Below are positions 38,568 through 51,171 of a stretch of DNA of 64,000 nucleotides, in pieces. Below the pieces are notes generated by a model. The model ran no database searches, was not told the origin of the DNA, and was given only the letters and a program-made list of their open reading frames with translations. Made by a program: the position numbers and the translations under genes. The stretch's first letter is position 1. Each line of letters begins with the position of its first letter. Source of the DNA: Octopus sinensis (Eukaryota); assembly GCF_006345805.1 (NCBI RefSeq), contig NC_043005.1:29636001-29700000 (forward strand), written 5' to 3'.

Positions 38568-39339
38568 CCAAAAGGCTCTGATCAGCCTGAGGCTATAGTA
38601 AAAGACATTTGCCCAAGGTGTCACACAATAGGATTGAACCCAGGACCTTGTTCAGCACACAGTCTGCCTGTGACTTCCAAATGTCTACAAATTTCATGTG
38701 GCAAACGTTCATGTGGATTCAGTTTTTATTTCTATTCAACAAACGAATCAAAATGTTTTCCTTCATTCTTGAGCAGACCATGCTAAGGAGAAGCCTTTCA
38801 CTTGCCTCCTGTCTATTCAGCCACATCAATGCATTCGTATGCTTGTGAGGTGATGCCTGGTAAGTGCAGTAACATCATTCTACAGTTAAGATTAATGCAT
38901 TAACTTGAGTTGTGAGATGTGATTTGCCATGGTAATCCATTAATTATTGTGAGATTTATGCAGTTACATGTAGCAGTCATCGTTGCAGCATTATTGTGGT
39001 TTTTTTGTATTATCAAGCATCTGTGAAAATATTTGTGTTTTGTAAAGTAGTTCTTAGAGTGAAGGGGTGGGGTGGGGTAAGTGTATAGTGAAAGTGGGTG
39101 AAAGGGCAAGGGGTGGTGGTGAGTTGCTACGGTGGTGGATTTGGTATGTTACTGTTTTTTTTTTTTAAGTATTGGATGAATGGAAGTGGATAGTTTAGGG
39201 ATTGTGATATTGTACAGACTTCATGTGCTTGTAGAATAAATTAGTGTTTGACCTTTAGGGTATGGTAGAATTCCAGAAAAAACAGCAGGTTTAGGTGAGT
39301 TGGGTTTGCAGTTTAATCAGCAAAGAAATGTCTTTGAAA

Positions 39340-40000
39340 TCTTGCAATTTGAAATACTTTTCTATGTAGGTAAAGGGAGAATATTCCTTCCAATATATTG
39401 AGTATAATCACTGGTAAAATCAACATTTTTAGTTTCTCTGTAATGCAGAGATTACATTTGCTTCCTTGTCCAATGTAGTCATTAATTTTACCAATAATGC
39501 TCCAGTTTTTAAGTGGATTGGTCAGTAGACTTTACACAAATTTAAATAATGAAGTTGTGGTTACATTTGCTTGTAACTCTGAATGAAGCTACATGTTGTG
39601 AAAATCTTTTGTTAAATGTGTTTCTTGTCAGTCTAGCATAGGATTTTATCATATTATCTATGTCAGGAATGCTTACTGTATATACAAGCTCCTTCCCATG
39701 GTGTTTGCTATTCAAAGGACAGTACTCAGGGGATCTGCAGCAGCACAATCATAGTGGAGAGGTATTTATATTTTTGGTGTGTTGAAGATTTGTGAATCTA
39801 TGTTAGGAATGCTACTGTAGCTTATTTTAATAGTATTTTTGTTAAAGATTTTTGTTATCTATATGTTTATGGAATGTGAGTATCAGCTAGGAAATATCTA
39901 GCTGTGTTTCATGTTACCTTCATGCTTTATGGTAGATTAAATCATAGGATTATCCTATGTTTACATCTCCTGGATATTATTAGGACGATACTTTTGTTGA
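39340..40000 (-). mobile_element. Decayed Penelope-like element: RT C-terminal region, Cys-rich linker and GIY-YIG endonuclease
   Basis: RIIL*FNLP*S..KIFNKNTIKISYSSIPNI; CCCRSPEYCPLNSK..LVYT..KSYARLTRNTFNKRFSQHVASFR; KCNLCITEKL. Confidence 0.85.
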
Positions 40001-40749
40001 AGTTGGACTTTGCTAGTGCATTGATGTAATATTGTACTTTATTCTGTTGTCATTGGGAGGATGAGAAGTAAATTTGACCTTCATGGGATTTGAACCAATA
40101 AAGAGCTGGAACAAATACAGCAAGGCATTTTGTCCATCACTGTAACTATTTGCACAATGATACAAATACAGCAACAGTGATGATGATAGAGATGGTGATG
40201 GTGGTGGTGGTGGTGGGTGAGGGATTATGATGATGATGGTGATGGTGATACTATATTGATTGTGCAATGTACAAAACAAACAGGGTTTATAAAGTACTCT
40301 TGACTAAAAATAGATTAATAAATAAATATTGAATATGGCTACAACACCATAGGAATACTATTTCATCCCAAAATATGTGTGTGTGTGTGTGGTATGTGTC
40401 CGTCTCTGTCTCTCTCTTTCTCTCTCTCGATATATACATATATATATATATATAAATATATATATATCTGTACTGATATCTTTTGTATCCTCTGCTAGAC
40501 TCAGTCAACATGTGTAACTAGAAAATATGGGTTTTTTTTAATGTTTATATTCTGCAGAAAATGAGTAAACAAGATCTGATCTGATATCTTTAACAGCACT
40601 ATATCGTATTAAAGTTGCGTGATTCTTTAAGAGCAGTGGCCTGGAATGAGGTAGACACTGTCCCTTCTCATGAGCGTTTCCAGAAGTGAAGTTACTCACA
40701 GAATTGCAGTCGCATAACAATTGCCATTCACTCTTTGAATATTCATTCC

Positions 40750-41395
40750 ACTTCTAAGGAGCTGGCTGAATCATTATGTTCTGAGTTCAAATTCTGCTGA
40801 GGTTGACTTTGCTTTTCATCCTTTTAGGGTTGATAAATTAAGTACCAGTTGTGTACTGGGGTTGATGTAATCAACTAGTCCCCTGCCCAAAATTTCAGGC
40901 CTTGTTCCTTTAGTAGAAAGAATTATTTCAACTTGGAATTTAGAACCTTATTGATGATGGATTGGCAGATTTGGACAAAATAGCTGGCAATGTTCCTTCT
41001 GGCAAAGGCAGCGAGCTGGCAGAATCCACTGAGGTCGACTTTGCCTTTCATCCTTTCGGGGTCAATAAATTAAGTACTAGTTACACACTGGGGTCGATGT
41101 AATCGACTTAATCCGTTTGTCTGTCCTTGTTTGTCCCCTCTATGTTTAGCCCCTTGTGGACAATAAAGAAATAAGTAATGTTAGCATGCTGGGTGAAATG
41201 CTTAGTGGTATTTCGTCTGTCTTTACATTCTGAGTTCAAATTCCACCAAGGTTGACTTTGTCTTTCATCCTTTCGGAGTTTATAAATTAAGTACCAGTTG
41301 CATACTGGAGTTGATCTAATTGACAGGGTCCCCTCACCACTGAAAAAGATTTTGGGCCTTGTGCCTAGAGTAGAAAAGAATTTTCTACCAGAACA
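40750..41395 (+). mobile_element. Cluster/nest of three family A SINE bodies
   Basis: Three gactttg.c/ttttcatcctt cores at about 40805, 41038 and 41255. Confidence 0.8.
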
Positions 41396-42541
41396 TATAT
41401 ATATATATGTAATTTTATATCTGTTAAGTAATTACTTTTTATAATTCTTTTTTTTTTTTAAATAAGTGATGCCTTGGAAGTCTGTCATTGTATTGTCCCC
41501 TTCATCCTTTGCCCTTGTGGCAAATAAATGAAATCGTTATCATTGTTATTGTTGTTGTTGTTGTTTAAAATAGTAATAATAGTCACCACCATCACCATCA
41601 TCTCCTTCACCACCACAACTGTAGGGCTTGTGAAAAGGGCTCCATCAATTTGATGCCGAAACTCTAAAATGAAGCTCTGTCTCCAAAGGGTTAAGTGCAT
41701 TTGTCATGGACACAGTACAGTGAACTACACCACACCATGGTACCTATTTAAAGCCAGGTAGCCTGGATTGTTGCTAGTTAAGTGTGTTGGTCATGAACAC
41801 AGCATAGTTCGCATGGAAAGCCAAACATAAAGGAACAAAAGAAGAACAGTGTAGAAGCAATATTTTGTAGCATAAAAGACAACTGAGAAAATTACAGAGT
41901 AATTGCTCAATCTATACCAGTGGATAATTACTGCTGATAATTAAGTTTTTAATCTTCATCTTTGGTAATTAATTTTCTATACTAGTTTATAATAAATAAT
42001 TATTTTATTTCCTATTGTTTTATTTTCAGCATTAGTTCAGTTTTGTTTGATTTAGAGAACATTTTCATGCTTATTTCCTGATTATCATTAAAATTGCTGG
42101 CCTTGTGTCAAAATTAGAAACAGACAATTATTATTGTTGTTGTTGCTGTTGCTATCACCACCACCATCACCACCACCACCACCACCACAATCAATCATCA
42201 TCACCACCACCAACCACCACCAACCACCACCACCACCACCACAATCATCATCATTATTACATCATATTATTATTATCATTATTAGCCAGCATGGAAAAGG
42301 GGTATTAAATGATGATGATGATGATTGTTATAAATCATTAGAGCATTGAAAGAAATGTTTTCTGGTATTTGTTCCAGCTGTTTCTGATTTCAAATCCCAT
42401 CAAGGTCAGCTTTGCCTTTTATCCTTTCAGGGTTGTTAAAATTAAGTACCAATCAAGTACTGGGGTCAGTGGAATAAACTTACCCCCTCCCCTCAAAATT
42501 GCTGCCCTCGTACCAAAATTAGAAAGAATTATTATTATTAT

Positions 42542-42843
42542 TTATTGCCTTAGCCCAGCTTCTAATGCTGGTGATGTATTACAGTGTCAGCTGTTCACTA
42601 CCAGTGAACCAAGATTACACCTCCTATTTTTCGAGCACCTTCTGGAGTATTCGAGCAGTTCCAAGCAGTACTGTTTTCTGCAAGTGCTCCACCTTTTTTG
42701 CAGCCCCTATTTGTTCCATGTACTTCTCAAGATTCTTACTCTCTGTTCCCAAGGCTCTGACAATTATTGGTACTACTACCACCTTTTTCATCAACCATAA
42801 CTGCTTTACCTCCCAAGCTAACCTGTCATATCAGTTGACTTTT
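42542..42843 (-). mobile_element. R4/Dong-like RLE retrotransposon 3' fragment #3
   Basis: YDRLAWEVKQLWLMKKVVVVPIIVRALGTESKNLEKYMEQIGAAKKVEHLQKTVLLGTARILQKVLEK*; the 3' end runs into aataataat. Confidence 0.85.
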
Positions 42844-42886
42844 CTTCTTCTTCTTCTTCTTCTTCTTCTTCTCCTCCTCCTCCTCG

Positions 42887-42916
<30 letters not shown>

Positions 42917-42918
<2 letters not shown>

Positions 42919-43323
42919 ATTCAGGTCACCGCCTGGAATCGAACTTGGAATCTTGGACATATAGCATAGTGGTTAAGAGCGCAGGCTATTAACCCCATGA
43001 TTCTGTGTTTGATTCCAGGCAGTGACCTGAATAATAATAATAATGATACTACTACTACTACTACTACTACTAATACCCCCACCACCACCACCACCACCAC
43101 TACTACTACTAATAATGATAATAATAATAATAACAATAATATCAAAAATACCTTAGGAATCAGAACCCAGGTTTGAAATTTCCCCAAGACGCCTGATGAA
43201 GGCTGGAGGGTATATCAGTCAAAATGTTGTGTTAACAACAAGCAAGATGAAGACAAATATCCTTAAATAATGAAAATAATGTAAATAATGTACATAATTT
43301 TTCATCTCTTAAATATAGAACTG
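42917..43323 (+). mobile_element. tRNA-head/(AAT)n/hammerhead element, copy 2, with an inverted head fragment at 42917-42956
   Basis: tagcatagtggttaagagcgc...gtttgattccaggc, an AAT-rich linker, cctgatgaaggctgg..., ending aaatatagaactg. Confidence 0.85.
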
Positions 43324-43764
43324 TTTTAAATATTCTCTCCTGATACAGAGTGCTGACATAATGTAAATTTGGTTTTTAGAAACTGTGGTTAGGTTAATAT
43401 AAACTTATTATTTGTGCTACAGTTTTGCTTAACAGCAAAATGTTAGAGTAGTAATTGTACACAATAAAAATCTCAATTTGTTTTAATGGAAATGGTTATT
43501 ATTAGCGATAATGTGATTCATTCATCCAATCTTAGTTATGAGAAAAATAATAATTAAGTTCAGTTTAATGTATTGCAATAGAGAAAGAGAATGACAAGAC
43601 TCGAATCTGATAAACAGAATGAGTCGACTTATTTCCAGTTGCCATGGGATTCTTGCAATTTTGTAAATTTAAAATCCATTGGATCTTGGAAGAACTTTGA
43701 GTATTGGATTAACACCAATCATTCATAGAAGTGGAAAGCAGTATTGTAGTAATAAAGTATGGTA

Positions 43765-43897
43765 CAGCAGTTCCCAACCTTTTCACTACCAAGGACCCCT
43801 TTTATTTGAATGAATTTCCCCATGGACCCCATGCTTAACATACTGACGGACCCCCAGTACCACCAGGGGTCTGCGGACCACAAGTTGGGAACCACTG
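43765..43897. mobile_element. 133-bp hAT/Charlie-like MITE
   Basis: cagcagttcccaac ... gttgggaaccactg; flanks gtatggta / gtttagta. Confidence 0.75.
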
Positions 43898-43963
43898 GTT
43901 TAGTAGTATAGTACTATAGTATGTCTACAAATAGACATACCATAGTACTATACTACTAAGCCA

Positions 43964-45014
43964 GTGGTATTTGTAGACTTTTCTAAAGCGTTCGACTCTT
44001 TAGATAGGTACAAGATGTTTGAAATACTTAAGCTCTATGGGATACCAGACAAAATCATTTCTGCCATCAGGGTCCTCTATACAGATACGTCTTCAACCAT
44101 CTTAACCCCTGACGGAGAAACATCTTTCTCAATCAAAGCCGGAATACTGCAGGGAGACACACTCGCCCCATTTCTTTTCATCATTGTCGTTGACTATGTG
44201 CTGCGTATGTCAGTTGATACCATCTCTGGCAAGGGCTTTGAAATAAAACCAAGAAGAAGTTCCAGACACCCAGCTGAATACTTGACAGACACTGACTTTC
44301 TCTTTTACAATCTCTCAAACAAGCCTCAAATTGTGTAGGTCTTTACCTCAATGAGGCGAAGACTGAATATATAAACAAGTGCTTGTCCAACAGTGATTGC
44401 ATCATCCATACTCTCAACAATGCACCCTTAAATATGGTTTCTGATTACAAATATCTTGGGTCATACATATCATCATCTGGAAAAGATTTTCTAACTAGAA
44501 AGGGTATGGTCTGGTCAGCCTGTAATGACATGCATAAGATCTGGTCATCAAATCTAAGTAGAGACTTCAAACATGAAATCTTCAAAGCCACAGTCGAACC
44601 AATTCTACTATATGGCTCAGAAACCTGGACGTTATCAAAGAAGCTTGAGAGGCAGTTGGATGGATCCTACACTCGCCTCCTTATGAGAGCTCAAAATCTC
44701 TCGTGGAAGCGCCATCCAACCAAAATGCAAATATATGGGAAACTACCACCTGTGTCATCTCTTGTGAAAGGTAGGAGAGTCCAGTTTGTTGGACATTGTT
44801 GTAGAGCTGAAAACAAGGCAATTTCTACTCTTCTCCTCTGGAAGCCATCTACTCGCAATACCAGAGGGCGCACACTCTCCTACCCTGATGTAATCGCCAG
44901 GGATACAGGCATCCAGCAACAGGACCTCCGTAATGCCATGATGGACCATGAAGTCTGGTGTAGCATGGTAAATTCCATTGTCTCGACCACGGTCGAACAA
45001 TGATAATGATGATA
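43964..45014 (+). mobile_element. RTE-clade LINE 3' fragment (RT domain to stop, (TGA)n tail)
   Basis: FVDFSKAFDS..GILQGDTLAPFLFIIVVDY; the FADD motif is lost to a small deletion; YKYLGS, LLYGSETW; 11-bp TSD actatagtatg at 43913-43923 and 45015-45025. Confidence 0.93.
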
Positions 45015-45609
45015 ACTATAGTATGGTGCATGCTACTCTCTCTGTCACCCTAACCACTCTGTCCCCCTTTTTTTGACTAATCCCTGACACTTATATCCTG
45101 TTCCTTTCATACTCCTTCCCCTAATAGTGTCTACTCTATTACTCTCTTCACTCCCCACCTCTCATAACTATAAATCTGTTCCTCTCATCATTTTTCCGAG
45201 AATCATCATGGCTTCTCTCTCCAGTTCTCCCTCAGTTAGTAAAGCCTATTTAGGCCCTTAGCCTTACAGATTACAAGGCAACCTCACAAGTGCTGGTTCC
45301 AAGAAAAAAAGTACCTGGCACATTCTGTAAAATGGTTGGTGTTAGGAAGGGTGTCCAGCAGTAGAAACCATGGAAAAGCTGTGACACTGGAGCCATCACA
45401 GTCCTCCAACTCACTGATTCCTGTTGAACTGTTCAATTCATCCAGAATAGAAAACAGACTTTAAAGGATTCTCCACCTGACTGTAAAGATGCTACTATCT
45501 ATTTATATGTAACTAGGTACCACATAGCATTGGCACATACAACCTAGCTGTAAGTATGTACCCAGTGTAGATATAACTCAGTACTGTTGGTACCATTCTT
45601 TTGTAATTT

Positions 45610-45810
45610 TGGCACAAAGCCAAGAAATTCTGAGGGGAGGGGGAAATCGATTACACCAGCCCCAATGTTCAATTGGTACTTATTTTATTGACCCTTGGAA
45701 GGATCAAAGGCGAAGTCAACCTTGGTGGGACTTGAATTCAGAATGTTATGAGATAAATGGAATACTGCTAAATATTTTGTATGAGGTAATGACAATTCTG
45801 CTTGTCACCT
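45610..45810 (-). mobile_element. SINE family A
   Basis: ggtacttattttattgacccttggaaggatcaaaggcgaagtcaacc. Confidence 0.75.
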
Positions 45811-46579
45811 TTATTGATGGTGACAAGAACATATATTTTGTCAGCTGTTGGAGTTGAGTTCACCATGTCTCACACCTGTAATATAGACCAGCAATCAATC
45901 TAAGAGAAGAGCCGGCCCTCAACTACTTCCTGGTTTGCATTCCTGCCAATAATAGGCATTAATTCTTCAATCATTTCTGGAATTGCAATTGTGTCTGAAA
46001 GGGTTAAAACAGATTTAAATTAAATGCAGGCGAAGATTTGTGTCAGCTACTACAGAGCTACCGACACCACCGCCATCACCATCACCACGATGGTTTTAGT
46101 ATAATGCTAGTGTAAAAGAAAGACTGTTAGGTGTCTCACAGATAATTTTCTGACATTTCACACCTTTGCTATTGTTCCATGTATAATTAACTCACCTGTT
46201 CTACTAATTTAGGTAACTTTGATTGTTAAATTACTCAATTACCTGTGTCATTCACCTGTTCACAAGCAACAAACAACAATTATAATGAATATCCCCACAA
46301 TGCCCTGCCACCACCACTCCCCATCGCCTTTTCTTCTTTATTTCTTTCTTTCTTTATCTCACCATATATTTCTTTCACTCTTCTTCTCTCCTTTCACCCC
46401 AGCCCTCGCCACACTTTCTAGTATTTTTATTTGTCTATTTGTCCATCTGTCTATATGTCTCCCTTACCTTCCTGCCTGCCTGTCTGTCAGCCCATCCCTG
46501 TTTATCCATCTTTCTGTAATTATTATATAAGAAATTAATTTTCCTACTTAAGACGCTTTTACTGCAGTGAGCTGGCTCC

Positions 46580-46794
46580 AAAGACACCGAGCTGGCAGAA
46601 TCGATTGCATGCTGAGCAAAATGCTTTGTGGTATTTTGTCCATCTTTATGTTCCAGGTTCAAATTCTGCGAAGGTCAACTTTGCCTTTCATCATTTCAGG
46701 GTCAATTAAATAAGTACCAGACAAGTACTGGGGTCAATGTGGTTGACAAGCCCCTACCCCTAAAATATCAGGCCTTGTGCCTATAGCAGAAAGG

Positions 46795-46800
<6 letters not shown>
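46580..46800 (+). mobile_element. SINE family A seeding an ATT/CAT/GTT tract (46797-46962)
   Basis: gagctggcagaatcg...gtgcctatagcagaaagg attattatt. Confidence 0.85.
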
Positions 46801-46880
<80 letters not shown>

Positions 46881-46929
46881 TATTATTATTATTATTATCA
46901 TCATCATCATCATCATCATCATCATTATT

Positions 46930-46962
<33 letters not shown>

Positions 46963-47098
46963 GAGTCAGCCACTGAATTAATAGTTCTGAGTCATATCAT
47001 GCTCCACAGGTACCATGCTGGGTTATGGATGGGACACACCAAATGTTCCTTTTACTCCTAAAAAGACAGAAAAGGGTACAAAGACAATGAAACTCACA

Positions 47099-47177
47099 GA
47101 GATTCCTTGGTTTACCCTGAGACTCCTTGGTTTATCCTGAGACTCCTTGGTTTATCCTGAGACTCCTTGATTCATCC
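47099..47177. repeat. 20-bp tandem repeat x4
   Basis: (gagactccttggtttatcct)n. Confidence 0.9.
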
Positions 47178-47997
47178 AAATCTATGACATGTCTGAAGAT
47201 TTGATGTGACTCACAAAAGTTTCAGCTTCATTCAAGCTATGACCATCACCACTTATTACTCAGACACAGTGTATCAAGGAGTACATTATCTAATGTGTGC
47301 TTCCTTGTTGTTGTTATTGTTGTTGTTGTGGTTGTTGTTTATCCAAAGATCTTTCACCAGTCAACTATTATCCTCAAAGATATTTTAGTCTTCCCACCTG
47401 CTCTCTCTTATTTTGTCATAGCCTGTCTAGGATTACATCATTCAATGTGTCTTTCTGCTATTTCTAACAACTAGAGTGACTACATGAAGTGGTCACTATA
47501 TCGGTCAATAATATTTTAGATCCTGACAAACATCCACATCTATGCCAGTCATTATCTCCCTGATTACCAATTTGTGGGTCTTATCTGTTATTGCATACCT
47601 AATAATTATCCACCAGTGGTTACTTTGTAATTAACTTTATTAGGTATGTAACTAGGTTAGTACAATATAATTAGGCCATAAGTTGTGTGTCTCCCTGAAT
47701 TTTAAATTAGGCCATCCACTATATCTTTTTGAGAGTTTAATGAAGACATCTTAGATCAATCTGAGACACTCTGGTTTTTCATAACTAATTCTTCAATCTT
47801 CCAATACAGTTGTTTATGATTTCAGACTGGGAAGAAGGAGTTTGTCAGCGGTAGCCATGGTAGGAGGTTGAGCGAATGAATGAATGAGAATTTCTTTATA
47901 CTATCTTCAATTACACCACCTCCCTTTAACCAAATACTCTATAATTATGGGTGTGTGTTTATATGTACATGAGTGCATGTGTGTGTTTGTGTTTGTT

Positions 47998-48032
<35 letters not shown>

Positions 48033-48516
48033 ACATGTGTGTGTGCTAGAGAGTACAGGAAATATCTGGAGTTATTGTTAACTCTAGTTTGTGGAGGTTT
48101 ATATCGTAATGTGTGTATTAAGTGTATATTACATAAACTGAAAGGAATGTCTGGCTCCAAATTATATATGTTACATGCAGACACACAAACACAGATTCAT
48201 TCACACACACACACATGTACCCCCCTGCACACAGACACGCCCCCACACACACAATTCATGTATAGGTAGATGACACATGCTTCATATCATGATCATTGTC
48301 ATTGTCATCTGAGCATCCACTTTTCCATGCTTGCATCAATGAGAAGGAAGAGTCGGAACAAGTTTTCCACAGCTGGATGCTCTTCCTGTTGCCAACTCTC
48401 ACCTGTTTCCAAGCAGGGTAATATTTTCCTGTTTCTGGACAGGATGTTTACAGAAGTTTGGAAATGAACGACACTGCTTGTAAAACTGTGATACTCATTT
48501 ACAGCACACGCACGTG

Positions 48517-48553
<37 letters not shown>

Positions 48554-48708
48554 CCAGTATATGCAATTCAGGTAGAATTTAATTAAAATAGCCATCTATG
48601 TATCATATTTAATGTATAAACGTTATCAGTAGACCAGCTAGTGCAGTATTTGTCCTGAAAAAACACCACTAATGGACTTAGTGTGTTAAAAATACCTTAA
48701 ATATTAGA

Positions 48709-48759
<51 letters not shown>

Positions 48760-48995
48760 AGGGAGAGAGAAACATTGATGCCAGCTGTGGTCAATGAAGG
48801 TGCAAAGGATGAAGTGTATCTGGTGCTCTTGCTGGCCACAACTGGAGTTAATTATCATCTCTCTCTGATATTTGTTGTGCTTTTAACACTGCAAATCCAT
48901 AAGAGATGTTATTTCGGAACAAATGCCGAAGTAACTAGCTTACTAACAGTATGTATACCTCAAGTATGATACACAGATGGCTTTCTCTTTGTCTG

Positions 48996-49035
<40 letters not shown>

Positions 49036-50083
49036 CCACTCACTCACTTTCTCTCTCTTTCTCTTTTTTCTCTCTCTTTTTTGACAGACTCATTTTGCTA
49101 AAGCTTTCCAATTCCCATTGGACAGTCATGTGACTAACATTGACTTGTTTGCCAAAATCCTTAACTCTAATGGAAAGCTTCATTGCAACATTTACTTCCA
49201 GTGTCTCTAAAACAAATCCACACAAATTCTCCTCTCTTGGCTCAGCCTATGAACTGAATTCTATATTTCTAAAATGGAAGAATCACTTCTTCAGGCACAG
49301 CTTTGAAAACAACTTGTGATACAATCTTTTACACACCACAGACACGCGCACACAAATTTTGCATAATGTTATGTAATCTAACAAAATTACAACCAAACCT
49401 TCATCATCATCATCACCATCATTTAAATGTCTACTTTTCAGCTGGGTGTTCTTCCTCTCACCTATTTTGAAGCAAGATAATACTTCCCTGGAATTTGTTT
49501 TCAGTGAATACTGGAAATGAAGGACACTGCCTATATGACAGTGGCACTTGTTTACTACTATCATGTGATGTCAAGACAGGGAGGCATTATCACACTCATA
49601 CACCCCTCCCCCCCACACTTCATCCTCATCATCATCATCATCATCATCAATATCATCCTATGCTGGCATGGGTTGGATGGCTTGACAGAAGCTGATGAGA
49701 ACTGCTCAAGTTCTACCGTCTACTTTGGCATGGTCGCTGTGGCTGAATGCCCTTCCTTCCACCAACCACTTTGCAGAATGCACTGTGTGCCCTTTTCATA
49801 GCACCAGCACTAGTGAGGTCACCAGACAGAGACCCCTCAAAAATGAGATGGGTGTAGTACCGAGGGAAGTGACTTAGTAACAGCTGATAGTAGGTTAAAG
49901 GATGACAGAGGGACAGAAACAGTTATCATGCTATTGAGGAGATACATGGCTACCCTTGTTTGAGGGAGAGAGAAGGCAGGGAGAGGGAGAGGGAGAGAGT
50001 GCCAGAGAGAGGAGATGCTAGTTAAGATTTGACAGGACATACCCTCAAAGTACAGGGAGGTGAATATAAATATAGATAATCCA

Positions 50084-50239
50084 CATTATTTACACTATTT
50101 ACATTTGACGGATATTTGCTCTCATCTTGTTTGTTGTTAACACAACGTTTCAGCTGATATACCCTCCAGCCTTCATCAGGTGCCTTGGGGAAATTTCAGA
50201 CCTGGGTCCTCATTCCTAAGGTACTTTTTGATGTTGTTG

Positions 50240-50338
<99 letters not shown>

Positions 50339-50627
50339 GCCCATAGACATATGGCGTAGTGGTTAAGAGCGCAGTCTACTGACCCCAATATTCTGAGTTC
50401 AATTCCAGGCAGTGATCTGAATAATAATAATAATAATAATAATAACATTGAAAAATACCTTAGGAATGAGAACCCAGGTTCGAAATTTCCCCAAGACACT
50501 TGATGAAGCTGGAGGGTATATCAGCCGAAACATTGTGTTAACAAAAAGCAAGATGAGGGCAAATATCCGTCAAATGTAAATAATGTAAATAATTTACATA
50601 ATTCCTCATCACTTAAATATAGAACTG
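50084..50627 (+). mobile_element. tRNA-head/(AAT)n/hammerhead element, copy 3, with an inverted pLTR-like copy at the 5' side and a 13-bp TSD
   Basis: tatagataatcca at 50071-50083 and 50628-50640; inverted arm 50084-50235; head 50346-50420; forward arm 50450-50627. Confidence 0.9.
50139..50184 (-). ncRNA. Putative minimal type I hammerhead ribozyme (best-preserved copy)
   Basis: GGCAC-CUGAUGA-A-GGCUG-GAGGGUAUAU-CAGCU-GAA-ACGU-U-GUGUU. Confidence 0.7.
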
Positions 50628-51171
50628 TATAGATAATCCAGTCTGATTTGGTGTGGTTTTCTACAGCTGGATGCCCTTCCTAATGCCAACCACTCTAAGA
50701 GTGTAATGGTTGCTTTTACGTACCACTGGCACAGGTGCCATTTGCGTGACACCGGTATCTGCCATGATAGTGATTTTGCCTGGCTTGATGGGTCTTCTTC
50801 TCAAGCATGACTAATGCCAAAGCTGTTGGTCATTGCCTCCATGGGGCCCAACACTGGAAACGAACTCACCTACTTTGCTTCTGTGAGGCCCATTATTCTT
50901 ACAAATAATAATGTTAGTGGCTGCGAATGTAAAAGCCGTATAAGCAAAATTAATAATTATATATAAGATATATAAATATATTTATATATTTACTAGGGTA
51001 CTACATAAGCAGCAGCTTTGCTAGAAATAGAAGTTAAAATACACAGAGGAATCACTAAATTAATATAGGCATGATAGGAAAAATAGCAGGTGCTTATGTA
51101 GTACCCTTGTATATATAAATATATTTAAATATATTATATATATTATATAATTATATATATATATGTATAAT

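Noticed and set aside
46185-46265. Cluster of CACCTG/TACCTG E-box-like motifs (also 31900-31965) as an enhancer
   Set aside because: Short motifs are expected by chance and cannot be supported without conservation or chromatin data.
48941-48954. TACTAACAGTATGT (branch-point consensus overlapping a GTATGT donor)
   Set aside because: There is no pyrimidine tract and the spacing is not usable in a metazoan intron; likely chance.
50346-50420. True tRNA genes (also 42955, 15133, 59498 and 63835)
   Set aside because: A and B boxes are present, but the acceptor and anticodon stems do not close and each head runs into a repeat body. They are SINE heads.
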